The translations under genes and the position numbers were made by a program. The notes beneath the pieces are model-generated. The model had not been told where the DNA came from. It was given only the letters and a program-made list of their open reading frames with translations, and ran no database searches. This document shows, piece after piece, positions 1 through 13,675 of a stretch of DNA of 64,000 nucleotides. Source of the DNA: the human T2T-CHM13v2.0 reference genome, Homo sapiens; NCBI RefSeq assembly GCF_009914755.1, contig NC_060941.1. One strand, given 5' to 3'. Position 1 is the first letter of the stretch. Each line of letters starts with the position of its first letter.

Positions 1-212
1 GAGAGATACTTGATGTTCTGTGAAGTTTGAGTACTAAAAACAGAGGTGTTGAATGAGGGCATTTTCCCTGGGGAGAAGTTCTGCAGGGCATGCTATGTCT
101 GGTTTTTCATTTGCTCTTTGAGGCAGGGATTCATTCTCCCATCTCATCCCAGGGCTGGTATAGACACCTGATGACTGTGGCTAACCAAGAAATGAATGAA
201 AGATTTAGAAGT

Positions 213-674
213 CTGTATGGGTTCCGGGTCTGTTTGCTCTCAGATCTATCCCCTAGCTTTCTGTGCCCTGCTCTGTATGGAAGGGGGCTGACTTCTGCAG
301 GCAGCATTCCCAGCCTTTTGTCAATAGCAGCCAGTGGGAGGCTCTGATGGAAGAGGGAGGTAGTGGGAAGAAGGGAGAAACCAGGATATTTCTCCCTCTT
401 TGTCTGCTTTGGGTGGAGTCTCCAGTAGCTGCTATACCTCCTTTATAGTTGCAGCTTCTTCAGGGTGACCCTGGGCCCCTCCTGGGCTTCTTTCTCTGTC
501 CTGTGGCCTGGAGATGGTAGTGGCTTCCTGCTGTTGCTAACATCTGGTTGCCTCACTGTCCTCCTGGGCTTCTGAGCTTTTTCATCAATCATGTAACCAA
601 TTCCTTGCATTCAAGTCCCTTTGCCTTGAACAATCTGGTGGTTTCTCTTTCCTGGTTGGATTCTGATTAATGCA
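213..674 (+). mobile_element. ERVL LTR, LTR33-like solo LTR
   Basis: Motifs tgtgccctgctctgt...gggctgacttctgcag, ggtagtggcttcctgctgttgcta and 3' end ttcctggttggattctgattaatgca resemble the recalled LTR33 consensus. Confidence 0.7.
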
Positions 675-910
675 AGACTGAGTTGTGAATGTGGCTTCCC
701 TGTCCCGGGACCTTTCCTCAGTTTCTGGGAAATTCCCCACCTACATACCAGCTGCCTTGAGAAACTCCTTTAAACACAAATGATGGGGGATGCCATTCGC
801 AGTTAAAAGAAGATACTGCTCCGTTTCTAAGGAAGAAAAGTATAAATGAACAAGTTAAGGAGAGGGAGTAAGACGAGGGAGTAAGTTTTGGGGGAAGAAG
901 TAATGATTAC

Positions 911-1060
911 AATAATAACAACTTTCAATTATTAGACCTCTGATATGTGCAGATGCCTTGCATACATTCTCATTAATCCTACAAAGAGTCATATTGTTCT
1001 CATTTTGCAGTTGAGCAAATTGAGGCTAGTAAATGGCAGAGCTAAGGCTTGAACCTCTGA
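911..1060 (-). mobile_element. MIR SINE
   Basis: Core-like cattttgcagttgagcaaattgaggc...agtaaatggcagagct. Confidence 0.65.
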
Positions 1061-1751
1061 TCTCACTCCCTCCAGAACCTACGACCATTCTGTGGTGCGC
1101 ACCAAGAGAGAAAACCTTCCCAGAGAAATATTAATATTTTTATTAGTTATACATGCACTTATATATATATGCATATGCTTAATATACTGAACATATCTAT
1201 TAATAAGCCACAAAGAATATTATTAAACCAGGTCTTGCTACTCAGTATGGAAATGTCAAATCTTCAATATCCAAATCACTTTGATGATGTCTATGATGCC
1301 AAATACCCAGACAAGGGTTGAAACATCAGCCAACATCATCAGCAGCCAGTGTGACATCCCTGGACACACAGATGTCACACTACTCTTACTTTAACAATGA
1401 CATAAAACTGCATTTCCAGGAGGACCTGCAGCAGTGAAATCCCAGGCTTGATTGTCCAGGAGACTATATCTTCCTCACAGCTCACAGAGCAAACAATGTA
1501 AGAACCAAATCAATTACAAGAAGAAAGAGGAGGCATCAAAGGAGGAATAGGGTTCTTGCCATGTGCATGGTACAAAAACCAGGTGGCAGAAGCCAAGGAA
1601 GTGAGGCTTATTTAATCCTTCCTTCAGGGAACTCAGCATGGAAGGCTTTTTGACAAATGTACAGGGCAGAAGAAAGAATGCTTATCAAGAATGAGTTAGG
1701 GCCAAACAGAGGCCCTAAGGAAGTTGCCATCGTCCTTTTAAAAAACTGTTC

Positions 1752-2042
<291 letters not shown>

Positions 2043-2644
2043 AAAAAACTGTTTTTATATATTAGTTTTCAGAGTTTTATTTCTCCAGGATCCTCCTAGG
2101 GTTGTAACGATGACGTGCACTTTGTATATGAAGGTAGTTATTTCTTCAGCAGTGGTGAGTGGCTTACTCAATCCTTACTGTTTCTTTTCTGATAATTCTT
2201 GCCTTCAATAAACCTTCAGTGGGTTTATAGGTTAATCCAGGGCTAAGGAACAGCGAAGAAGCCCTTGGGTACTCACACGGGGTCAGACTTGCCCCTGGGC
2301 CCAGTGGCCCCACATCATTGCAGCCTGCAAGCCTTTGCCAAGCTGTTTCACCTGCAAGGGAGGCTCCCCGGCTGCTCTCCAAGGCTGTGCTCATCACTTC
2401 CTCTCATTCCTGACTCTGAATTCAACTGTCTTAGGAAGGCTTTGGGGGCAACCCTGTGCAGTCTTCCTTCAACTCCCTAAGGACCGAGATACAGGGTTTA
2501 TATTTGGCCATCATCGATTTGCTTCCATCTTTGCTTTGTCTCCAAATTGTCCTACATACTACTTCCAGATTTTTTTTTTTTTTCTAAAACATAGCTCAGA
2601 CCCTATCACTAGCAAATGCAAAGGCTCCAGTGGCCGCAAGGATC

Positions 2645-2965
2645 ATGGGTTGATTATTCTTCCCTCCTTGAGACACTTTTCCCTCTTTGTATTCAGGATA
2701 CACACTCATCTATATATCCTCTTATCTCACCAACGGATCCATCTTAATCTTCTTTGTTGGCTCCTCTTCATCTCCCAGACTTTGAAATGTTGGGGTGCCC
2801 CAGGGCTCAGTCCCTGTCCCTCCTCTTTATTTCCCTGCCTATGCTCACACTCTTGATGATCTCATCCTTCCTGGTGTCCTAAAACAACATGTACTTGTTG
2901 AGGACTTCCAGATTTCTGCTTCTAACTCAGACATCTTCCCTAATCCTAGGCTTATATATCCAGTT
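2645..2965 (+). mobile_element. L2 LINE fragment (RT region)
   Basis: aaatgttggggtgccccagggctcagtccct...tgatctcatcc...gacttccagattt, typical of L2 ORF2. Confidence 0.75.
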
Positions 2966-2997
2966 TTCTTGGGGAAAAAAGTTGAATGAATCCAGTC

Positions 2998-3062
2998 TCT
3001 CCTTCTTTTCTTCTTTCATTTTCTTCCTTTCTCTCTCTCTTTCTTTTTCTCTTTCTTTCTTT

Positions 3063-3105
<43 letters not shown>

Positions 3106-3161
3106 CTTTCTTTCTTTCTTTCCTTCTTTCTTTTCTTTTCTTCCTTTCCTTTCCCTTTGTT

Positions 3162-3224
<63 letters not shown>

Positions 3225-3242
3225 TTTCCTTTCTTCTTTTTT
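2998..3242. repeat. (TTTC)n/CT-rich microsatellite grown from an Alu tail
   Basis: About 245 bp of tttc/ct units abutting the Alu 3' end. Confidence 0.95.
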
Positions 3243-3528
<286 letters not shown>

Positions 3529-3551
3529 TTCATGATTTTCTTACAGTGTAT

Positions 3552-4066
3552 CCTTGACATTCCTCCCCTGTGGGATCTATGTTCTTTCCCCTTGAAGATG
3601 GGAAGACCTCCGTGACTGTTGTGACGGATAGAGTATGGCTGAAGTGATGCTATGTCATTTCCAAGGCTCGATCATCAATATGCCATGCAGTTCTGTCCCG
3701 CTGTCTTGAGATGCTCACTCTTGGAAGCTAGCCACCATGCTATGAGGAAGCCCAAATGAGGCCACGTGAAGACACCATATGGAGAGGCCACTTGTGAGTA
3801 TTCTGGCCAGCAGCCCAGCCGAGTTCCAGTTGATAGCCAGCTTCAGCCACTGGACATGGGAATAAAGACACCTCCAGATGATCCTAGCCTCTAGCCATTG
3901 AGTTACCCTCAACTGACACATCTTCCCAGCTGAAGCCCCAGACATTGAGAGAAGCGTCAGATTGTCCCTGCTGTGCCCTGTCTGAATTTTTGACTCGTAG
4001 AGTCCATGAGCAGAATAAAATGATTGACACAAAGTTTCAGGGGTTGTTATGCAGCAGTAGTAACTG
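3552..4066 (+). mobile_element. MaLR LTR (MLT1G/H-like)
   Basis: gaagtgatgctatgtcatttccaaggct, gccaccatgctatgaggaagccc, ends ttgttatgcagcagtagtaactg. Confidence 0.85.
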
Positions 4067-4193
4067 TCGTACTAGGCCTTCCTTCGGCCTGTGTCTACCC
4101 TCCAGTTTCAGACTCAGGGAGGCCTGCCCCCTCCTCTACAGCTCCTTTTCTTGAGTTTACTTTAGACACAATCTTCTTCCTAACTGTGTATTC

Positions 4194-4500
4194 TTTTTTT
4201 TTTTTTTTTTTTTTTTTTTGAGACAAGGTCTCACTCTGTTGCCCAGGCTGGAGTGCAGTGGTGCGATCTCAGCTCACTGCAGCCTCTACCTCCTAGGTTC
4301 AAGTGATTCTCTGCCTCAGCCTCCCGAGTAGCTGGGATTACAGGCCTGTGCCACCATGCCCAGCTAATTTTTGTATTTTTAGTAGAAACGGGGTTTCACC
4401 ATGTTGGCCAGGCAGGTCTCGAACTCCTGACCTCAAGTGATTCACCTGCCTCAGCCTCCTGAAGTGCTGGAATTACAGGCGTAAGCCACAGCGCCCCACC
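4194..4500 (-). mobile_element. AluS
   Basis: Full dimer; TSD cctaactgtgtattctt at 4179 and 4501. Confidence 0.95.
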
Positions 4501-4909
4501 CCTAACTGTGTATTCTTATACTGACCCACTCCTCTCACCCCAACTACCTTACTTCAGCCTATCAGAGGAGCCAGACCAGACACCATGCACCCATTCTCAA
4601 GCCACCCTGAGGTTAGACTCAAACACTAGGGACTGTTTCATGTCCATGTGCCTTTGCAGGTGTAGCTTTTCTTGTCTGGCCACATTTTATTTTTTCCTCA
4701 CCTCTTAACTTCTCAACCTGGAGAACTCCTACTCACCCTTCAATGCCCAACCTAAATGTTTCTTCCCTGTAAAAAAGACTCCAGAAGGCTCCGGATTCAG
4801 ATGCTTATGGAGTGAAGTCAGAGCTGGATGTAGGTGTGGGAGACCCTGTGTCCATCCATGGGGGCTGTTGCTACCTGGCCCCAGATAATTCTCGCCTCCC
4901 TGGACCGTG

Positions 4910-5046
4910 GACTCAATGTGGATAGATCTTCTGATTTTTCAAGACAAGGCTGAGTTTTTATATAAAGTCTCCTGATTTTAAAACCTTTAAGTAGGCCGGT
5001 CAAGCCAGGTTGCTTCTGGCCTGGGGCCACCAGCTTGCCATCCCTG
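4910..5046. mobile_element. hAT-Charlie DNA transposon fragment (MER103C-like)
   Basis: agatcttctgatttttcaaga...ctcctgattttaaaa...gccaccagcttgccatccctg. Confidence 0.5.
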
Positions 5047-6439
5047 CCTTAAATCCCTGTTAGGCACCTCTCACCTGGACACATCCCACACAGTGTTTCT
5101 AGAGAGCTTTCCAGACTCTATAGAAAGGATTTTATAAACTGGGCACATAGCTGTGAACTCCCCAAGGGCAAGGTTGGCCCCTGTGTTCACCACCTTTGTA
5201 ACCCCAGGGCTTAGCATAGGACTGGATGCATGACAGGCTGAAGAGGCTGTTTGTTCAGTCAGTACCAAGGTCTCCGCAGCCCTGGTCTCTGACATGAGGG
5301 TTTAGATGCTGCCCTCCACATTTTCCCCACAGTGTCAGCCCGAACTGGCTCTGAGCCCTGCCTCCTTCCTCACGAGGTTGCCCCTCTCATCTTCTCCAGG
5401 CTACGTGCCTCCGAATCAGCTCTCCACACTCTGAAAGCTTCCCCTTTCCCATCTCCCCACTACACTCCTGTTTGGAGCCTGAGCTAGTCAAAAGCCCTTC
5501 TGATTCAAGTGTGTAAATCTACTCAGAGATGCGTGCCTCTCCAAGCCTGTTGTTTTAGCTGAAGCAGGATGCTTACAGCTGATTATTGCATTACTGCGGA
5601 GCTGATGTGCAGTGCAGATCCACAAGTTAGATTGCACAATACTGAGAAAATTAGTGCTTCAGAAGAAGTTGTCTGCAGCGTAATGGATGCTCCGTCATCA
5701 ACAGTGTTCCAATATTCTCTCCGGAGAAGCTAACGACGCTGACAAAATACATTGAACTGCTGTTCTCTTCCACACATTCAAATAAAAGGCAGTGTATCTT
5801 GATGCAGGGCACATCAGTGGGTGATGGCAAAACATTATTTTTTCTTTATGAATAATAGAAGACATTTGGCTTGCTCATAATCTTTTAAAAACCGTAGTCA
5901 TAGTAACATGTGTCTTGCCCATTAATATGAGATTTTTTTTCTTCTTAAAGACAACAGCCTGTTTTACAGTGTGTTCTTAGTCCCCCAACAGAGCAGTATC
6001 CATTCGATTTGCAACTTGACCGAAGCCAGTTATAAAAAGGAAAGATTGTCTCTGCCACCAGCGAGATTCTTAGCTATTACCCCTGTGGGGTGACAGAAGA
6101 GCTAGATTCATTTTGGTCAAAAATTGTAGTTTAGAACAAAAGAGCAAAGTCTCTGATGAAAAGAATGATCAGTGATTGTGCCCAAGTTGGGGGAATGGTC
6201 TGCCTACATGTGCTCTTTTCCAAAGGAAAGAACTCAAGTTTCAGGAGAAGTGACCAAAATAGAAAAATAATTCCAAGTGTGCCCAAACCCAAGGGGTCCT
6301 TGCCTCTAGCATCAAGGTGGCCCCGACCGGTGCTTGTGGTGGTTACATAAAGGGGTATTACATAAACATGGGGCACGTGTTCTGTTTTTGTAATTGATGC
6401 ACTTCAATAGGGGAATGGGAATTTCGTAAAAGCAAGCAG

Positions 6440-6700
6440 GAAAATGTGGATGTTCCATATTAGAAGGTTGAAGAAAGTGAAGTTGATTAGATTGGAGAGG
6501 GCAGCAGATGGCTCTCAGGAGACACGATGACCAGTTTTAAATATCTGAGAGTCTATTGGGGGTGAAGGGATTTGACTTGTTTTGTGTGTCCCTGAGGGAA
6601 AGAACTGATGGCTATGAATGAGAGGACACCATTAGGGAGGCATATTTCGGGTGAGTGTAAGGAAGAGCTTTCTCCTCATTGTTGCTGTCCAGATAAAGGA
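6440..6700 (+). mobile_element. CR1/L3 LINE 3' fragment
   Basis: ttttaaatatctgag...gacttgttttgtgtgtccctgagggaaagaact...tgtaaggaagagctttct. Confidence 0.6.
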
Positions 6701-6721
6701 TAGAAGGCATGAGTACTTATG

Positions 6722-7162
6722 GTGCCTTGGGTCAGGTTCCCTGGCACATAGCTCTGAGATGAATCTCCAAATGCACAAAGTTTATCAGGAAGTGCCTCCA
6801 TGATCAATATCTGGTAAAGGAAGCATGACTAGGCAGAGGAAGGAGTTGAGCTATGACAAAACTGCAAAAGAGCTTCAGCTACTCCCCTGGGGAGCCCTGG
6901 AGTGGAGGCGGCCCTTTGGCATGGTCCTGAATTGAGGCTGGAGAGTCAGCCCTTTGGAACCTTTCACTGACCAATCATCGGATGCAGCTGTCCCCCAGGG
7001 AAGTAGGAGGAGGGATTGTGGATGAGGCTGCTCTTCAGTAGAGGGCAATTCCAGGAGAGCAACTCAGCTGGGAGTCATCAGCCACCAACATTTCCAGGAG
7101 CTGGAGGGATGAGTGCCTTTGTCCTAAAGGAGGATCTGGGCAGCATCCCACAGCATCCATTA
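6722..7162 (-). mobile_element. ERVL LTR16-family solo LTR
   Basis: gggtcaggttccctgg...ggggagccctggag...ggatctgggcagcatcccacagcatcca. Confidence 0.8.
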
Positions 7163-7410
7163 GAGATGGCTGCTTAATGGAGATGCTGTGACACCCTGCC
7201 CCTTGTGTGACTTCTCATGATCCAGTGTTCACATTCTCTAACGAAATACCATAAAGTCCAGATAAGACTCAGTTTATTGACTGTTTCCCCATGGGGCCTC
7301 CAGTGTGGATCCTGGATGGAGTCAGAGGCACATCTCCCTTAGTTTCTAGCTTAAAGCTCTTGGCTCCTGGGCAGCATCCGACCAATACTCCTTGGTTCCA
7401 GGAAGAAGAG

Positions 7411-7760
7411 TTCATTCATTCAAATTTCATTCAGTAATATTAATTGAGTGCCTTCTTTTAGGAGTTAGAAATACAACTATGAAGAAGATAAAGTCCTATG
7501 CCTGCTGGGACTTATATTCTCGTGGGAGAGCTAGAAAACAATACACAAATAAAATAATCCTGGTAAGGAGAGGTGGAGTGATCATGTGTGTATGTGATGT
7601 TTGTATTGGGAATTCAGGGAAGGCCTCCTTGGGGAGTGACACTGCAGCAGATTTGAATGATATGAAGTAGTGATGTCTGAAGATCTGGGGAATAGGGTTC
7701 CAGGCAAGAGGAACAGCAAGTGTGAAAGTCTTGAGGTAAGGACAGCCTTGGTGTTTTCAT
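7411..7760 (-). mobile_element. L2 3' end
   Basis: cattcattca tail, tcagggaaggcctc, gttccaggcaagaggaacagcaagtgtgaaagtcttgagg. Confidence 0.8.
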
Positions 7761-7959
7761 GCTTCTTTTAACTAAGTAGAGTATGGGAAGATGAACCTCA
7801 GTTTTTAGGGAGAACCTGCCTTAGTAAAGAGGCAGCTGCATTAGGGGATGTAAAAGGCATTTTCGATGTTAGTAGCCAAAAACCACGCATGGTTCTCAGG
7901 AGAGAAGACCCCAGTTCTGTTGCAGAGTGCTTCCTTGGCAGTGGAAACCCAGCTGACAT

Positions 7960-8100
7960 GATTTGTTTCCTCATTTGAAAAATCAAGATGATTTTAGTAC
8001 CCACTCTGTAGGGCTGTTGTGAGGATCAAAGACTGTGATGTGTGGAGGTACTTAACTTAGAGCCTGGCTCATAATAAGTGCTTGATACATGTTAGCTTTT
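7960..8100 (+). mobile_element. MIR
   Basis: gtttcctcatttgaaaaat...gggctgttgtgaggatcaaa...gcctggctcataataagtgct. Confidence 0.75.
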
Positions 8101-8189
8101 ATTTGTGCTGTATAACTCAAGAGAGCTAAAGAGCTGGGGCTTGAATCTAGGGTTTAAATTCTATCAAAGTCCTTGTTCTATGCAATGTT

Positions 8190-8386
8190 GCTGTTTCTTT
8201 CTCTCTTAGTTTGAGTCTCTGTATGTCTGCTTGTGTGTCTTTCTTTGTGTCTATCTCTATGACTCCTGTACTCCATCTCTGCTTATCTGTCTGTCTCTGT
8301 TCTTCACTCCTCTCTCTCTCTCTCCCTCTCTGGCTTTCACTCTGTCTGTTCTTCCTTTCTCTGTTCTCTCTCTCTGCTTCCTTTCT
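8190..8386. repeat. CT/GT-rich low-complexity tract
   Basis: Degenerate (TC)n/(TCTG)n. Confidence 0.85.
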
Positions 8387-8392
8387 TCCTAC

Positions 8393-8854
8393 CAGACTGA
8401 GAGCCCCACTGTCTTCTATAGGCCCAAGAGCAGGCAACTCTCCACGGTGCTGACGAGGTGTGTAGGTCCCAGACTTCCATCTCTCATTAGGGAACAGAAA
8501 TGGATGGCAGTGATTTTCCTCCAGCAGCCAGTCAGCAGGGACTCTCCATCTGCTAGTGCAGGTAGAGCAACTTCCCTTAATGGGACCAGCTTCCCTAGAG
8601 CATGTAGAACCTTCTTGGTCATGAGAGCAGCTGTCTTTCTGCCCCCTTCCCACAAACACACTTAATCTTGCCTTGTACATGCCCATATGGCCTCCACGGG
8701 GGCTGGAGAAGCAGGCTCTTGCTGGTCTCTGGACTGTAGCAAAGCAGATTGGAAGGGGTTTATTTCTCCTGCTCTAGTGGCATATAGCAGCTCCCCAGTG
8801 AGGGAGCTGGGGGATGGCCCCTCTGGAGACACAGGCACTTTCTCCATGGAAACC
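8393..8854 (-). pseudogene. Possible decayed exon (weak), phase 2-2, 462 nt
   Basis: Minus-strand acceptor ttttgctaccattctccttgacaag|G and donor CTG|gtagga; ORFs 8662..8877 and 8416..8661 are in frame and abut, leaving 2 stops in ~154 codons. Confidence 0.2.
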
Positions 8855-9079
8855 CTTGTCAAGGAGAATGGTAGCAAAATGCGGTGCCACTTTATCCCTC
8901 AAAGAAGCTTTCTTTAATATCACTTAAAGTGAATTAAATGATGAGGGCCTTGAGATTTCATCTCTCCTGATCCCTTTCAGCAGGTGAAGGACGGCAGCAG
9001 GGAGGGCTCAGGGCTTGGGGAAATGGGGAAGGTGCTCTGAGGAGGTGAAATGTCACAGAACTTAAAGCAGCCAGGCACA

Positions 9080-9410
9080 CGTTTCAGACCTGACCCCATC
9101 ACTAACTCTGTGTCATCTTGGGCAAAGGATTGATCAGTTTCCTCACCCAAAGCCGGGGGCAAACATATCTGCTCCAGCTTCCTCATAGAGTTGTTCTGAG
9201 GATCAAACAGCAAATGGGATGACAGAATCTGGAAACTAGGTGTAGTGCACATTCCAACAGCTCATGTTTTTTGAGTGCTTTTTAAGGCCAGGCTCTGTGC
9301 GAGGTATTCTGTGTGCATCATCTCATGGAATCCTTAATCCTCATAAGGTAGATAACACTATTATTGTCTCACTTAAGGGACAGGAAAATTTAGGCCTCAG
9401 AGGAGTGATG
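9080..9410. mobile_element. Two adjacent opposite-orientation MIR fragments (+ 9080-9250, - 9260-9410)
   Basis: tgtgtcatcttgggcaa...cctcatagagttgttctgaggatcaaa; tgagtgctt...ccaggctctgtgc...aatcctcataa...ggcctcagagga. Confidence 0.65.
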
Positions 9411-9425
9411 TGTCTTTATCTACTC

Positions 9426-9441
9426 TGTGTGTGTGCATGTG

Positions 9442-9501
<60 letters not shown>
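9426..9501. repeat. (TG)n(GA)n compound microsatellite
   Basis: Direct read. Confidence 0.95.
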
Positions 9502-9503
<2 letters not shown>

Positions 9504-9615
9504 CTTGGAAATTAACTCTGGTCTCTTTGACTCCGAAGTTCTTCTCTCTTCCTTTGTGCTCCACCCCCATCTCTGTCTTGCAGGACAAGCTGTGGCTGAT
9601 GTCCCTGCAGCCCAG

Positions 9616-9683
9616 TGGTCCTGACGGACTGATGGAGACACAGGCAGATTGGTCCTGACGGACTGACGGAGACACAGGCAGAT
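9616..9683. repeat. 34-bp tandem duplication
   Basis: tggtcctgacggactga(t/c)ggagacacaggcagat x2, 1 mismatch. Confidence 0.95.
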
Positions 9684-10339
9684 GGCAGGGCTCGAGTTGT
9701 CAGACACATCCTGAGTTGTCCAAGAGGCTCACCTTGAACACACCTGCAGACACTTGGGGAAACAGGATATTTTTGAGATTTTTATCTTAGAGAAGGGACT
9801 TTCTGCTTTCTGCTCTTTAAGATTAATGACCTCCAGAATCTGTGACTTTTGGGCAGCAGAGGTTCAGGAGACCAAGTGTCTGCTGCTTTATTCATCCAGT
9901 GAGAGCAGAACTGGGCTTCTCAGGGTCCAAGAGGCCCATCTCATTGGCAACAAGAGCCCAGCCTGAGGATTTTACAAATAGTTGGAGCTCTCTCTCTCTG
10001 CCTTCTTGTATCTGCAGCCTCAACTTTTAGCTCCAAGCCACGTTCATCAATTGATGGCCCTTGTTTCTGTTTTGACGAAACGAAATTTGCTTTTAAAATC
10101 CTGGGTTCAGAACTCTAAGCACAGCCCTTCTGGGAGGCATAAATAAGTTGGATTTAAGAGAGACTAATCAGGGAACAATTCTGAAGTGAACCGAGTTTCT
10201 ACAACTAGACTCTCCAGCTTCATTAAGAGTGAATTTGGTCACCTTTTGTATTTTTGAATAAAAATAGGCTAAGCCCCTCACTTGCCATATTTTAAAAAAT
10301 CTCAGGAAATTTCTTGGGGCTTTTAGATTATTTTAAAAA

Positions 10340-11437
<1,098 letters not shown>

Positions 11438-11610
11438 CTATGGAATAAACTAGCTGCAACATTTAAATGGCAGCTTATAAATTCCCTATAAAGGTTTAAA
11501 TTCTGCCTAACCAGGTATCTCTTTGTATTTATAAGACCCAAAGAAGAGGCTTTGGAACTTCATCTTCTTGCTCTGACAAGTTCAGAACTGGGGACCCAAG
11601 TCTTTGTTTC

Positions 11611-11936
<326 letters not shown>

Positions 11937-12071
11937 TGAATAGCTCAGTCCTCACACCTCCTTCCTGGAAGGAATGCCTTGCTTAGATTTTGCCTGTTTC
12001 CCATGTGATTGGCCCTGGCCTTGATGGGGAACTGGAGATTCTCTCCCCGCTTTTTAACATTCTAAAATAAC

Positions 12072-12318
12072 ATTTTTTTTTAAAAATAATTCTGGATTTG
12101 CATAAAGTCACAAAGATAGAGAGTTTCTGTATTTTCTTCATCCAGCTTCCTCTGATGTTAACATGTTACATAACCATGGTACTTATGTCAAAACTAAGAA
12201 ATTAACTTTGGTACAACACTACTAACTAAACTAGAGACTTTCTTCAGATTTCACCAGTCTTTCTACTCATGCCCCCTTTCTGTTTGAGAGTCTATTGTAG
12301 GTACCACATTATATGCAG
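12072..12318 (-). mobile_element. L1MC-type 3' end fragment
   Basis: ccagcttcctctgatgttaacatgttacataaccatggtacttatgtcaaaactaagaaattaac. Confidence 0.8.
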
Positions 12319-12920
12319 CCAGCACTGGAATCCACCTGGCCTAGGGACAGCTGCATGACCCAGTGAAGTCCACACCTAGTCTCACATCATGTCTTGGAAG
12401 CAGGAAAGGTGAAGGGCTATGTCAACTTAGCTCAGCTAGAGCTACAGTTCTCAGAACTCCCTTTCTGTCATGCTTCCAGTTTCAGGGTGGCCCCAAGAGA
12501 AATTTGCACAGGATTCGGGAAACAGAAACGAAGCACCAGCTGTTACTCTCGGAAAGTCAGTGAAAGGCACCAGGCAGTGTCACAGTTTACACACAATGTC
12601 TCTCAACTGCTAGCTCACCTTTCTGGTGGGGAGCTGGTATGGGAAACACCTGAGCTGTAGCTCCTCCAGTTCCTTCTGGGTCTCCTCCTTCAATTTTTCC
12701 AGGTCTTGGGCCAGGTATGTGGTCATCTCTGCAATAAAGGATGCCAGCTTCTCCTTCAAGTCACCTGTGTCAACAAGATTGGAGGCAGTGAGGAACAGAC
12801 ATAGGTTCTGATTGTCCTTATGGGATCCAGTCACTAATGTTCTGGTAACTGTTTAGCAACCAGCTCACCAGGTATAGTTTCAACATGAATGTCAGTTGAT
12901 ATTTTTGTTTAAGCAAATAA
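12315..12920 (+). repeat. Left arm of ~600-bp inverted duplication (unique flank + partial LTR41 + MER63 end)
   Basis: Reverse complement of 14532-15276; ORFs 12610..12834(-) and 14617..14841(+) differ at only 3 aa. Confidence 0.97.
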
Positions 12921-12924
12921 ACAT

Positions 12925-13020
12925 TCTATGTAGGAAGCCTCTGCTTTCATCACTGTGCTCCAGAGTTCAGTGTAAGACTTGGCATAGAATAGGCAATGTG
13001 TGAATGAATGAATGAGTGAG
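12925..13020 (+). mobile_element. L2 3' end
   Basis: tcactgtgctccagag...cttggcatagaataggc...gaatgaatgaatgag. Confidence 0.65.
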
Positions 13021-13675
13021 CAAGTGCTCACAAAGGACAGGCCTTCCACTCTGACTGGTTGCTACTAGGATTCGTGGCTATGTTCCATACATGCTGAGAT
13101 ACTCTAGTGGTTCCTGCAAGTTTACTCACCTGACACCTTCTCAACCCTGCTGCTGGGACAGCCCCTCAGTGCCCTTCTTAGATGAATCCTGACTCTATCA
13201 CTCTGGCTGTCACACCAGGCTGGGAATAGTGGTCCAAGCCCTGGTTCTGCATGCTGCCATTCCGCGTCCGCAGGAAGCATGTGCACATTTATGTTGATGT
13301 GTGTAATTTAGGAGCAGCTTGGAAGACGGCTGTGTGCTTGCATTATTGAGAAATGGAAACAAACTTCTGGAGCCTACTACAGGGGTGGCCAGCATCCTTT
13401 CTGGACTCAAGAAATCCCTTTATTTCTGTATCAGTCAGGGTTTGAACATAGAAGCAGAAACATATTGAGTTTCACAGAATAAGGGATGTTTTATAGGAAC
13501 TACAAGTGATATAATTGTAGGAGCAGGTTCATACCTCTGTGTAAGGTTGCTGCTTCTGTGTCTGATGTTGTGCCTGATGTCGCTATAGTTCAGCAAAACT
13601 GGCTGCTAGAAAGGAAGGCTGGATGTGAACTTGGGGAGAGCAAACACAAGCTGGAAACCATGAAGACACTTCAAC

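Noticed and set aside
5569-5733. 54-codon + strand ORF MLTADYCITAELMCSADPQ...
   Set aside because: Short, no recognisable homology or supporting splice context
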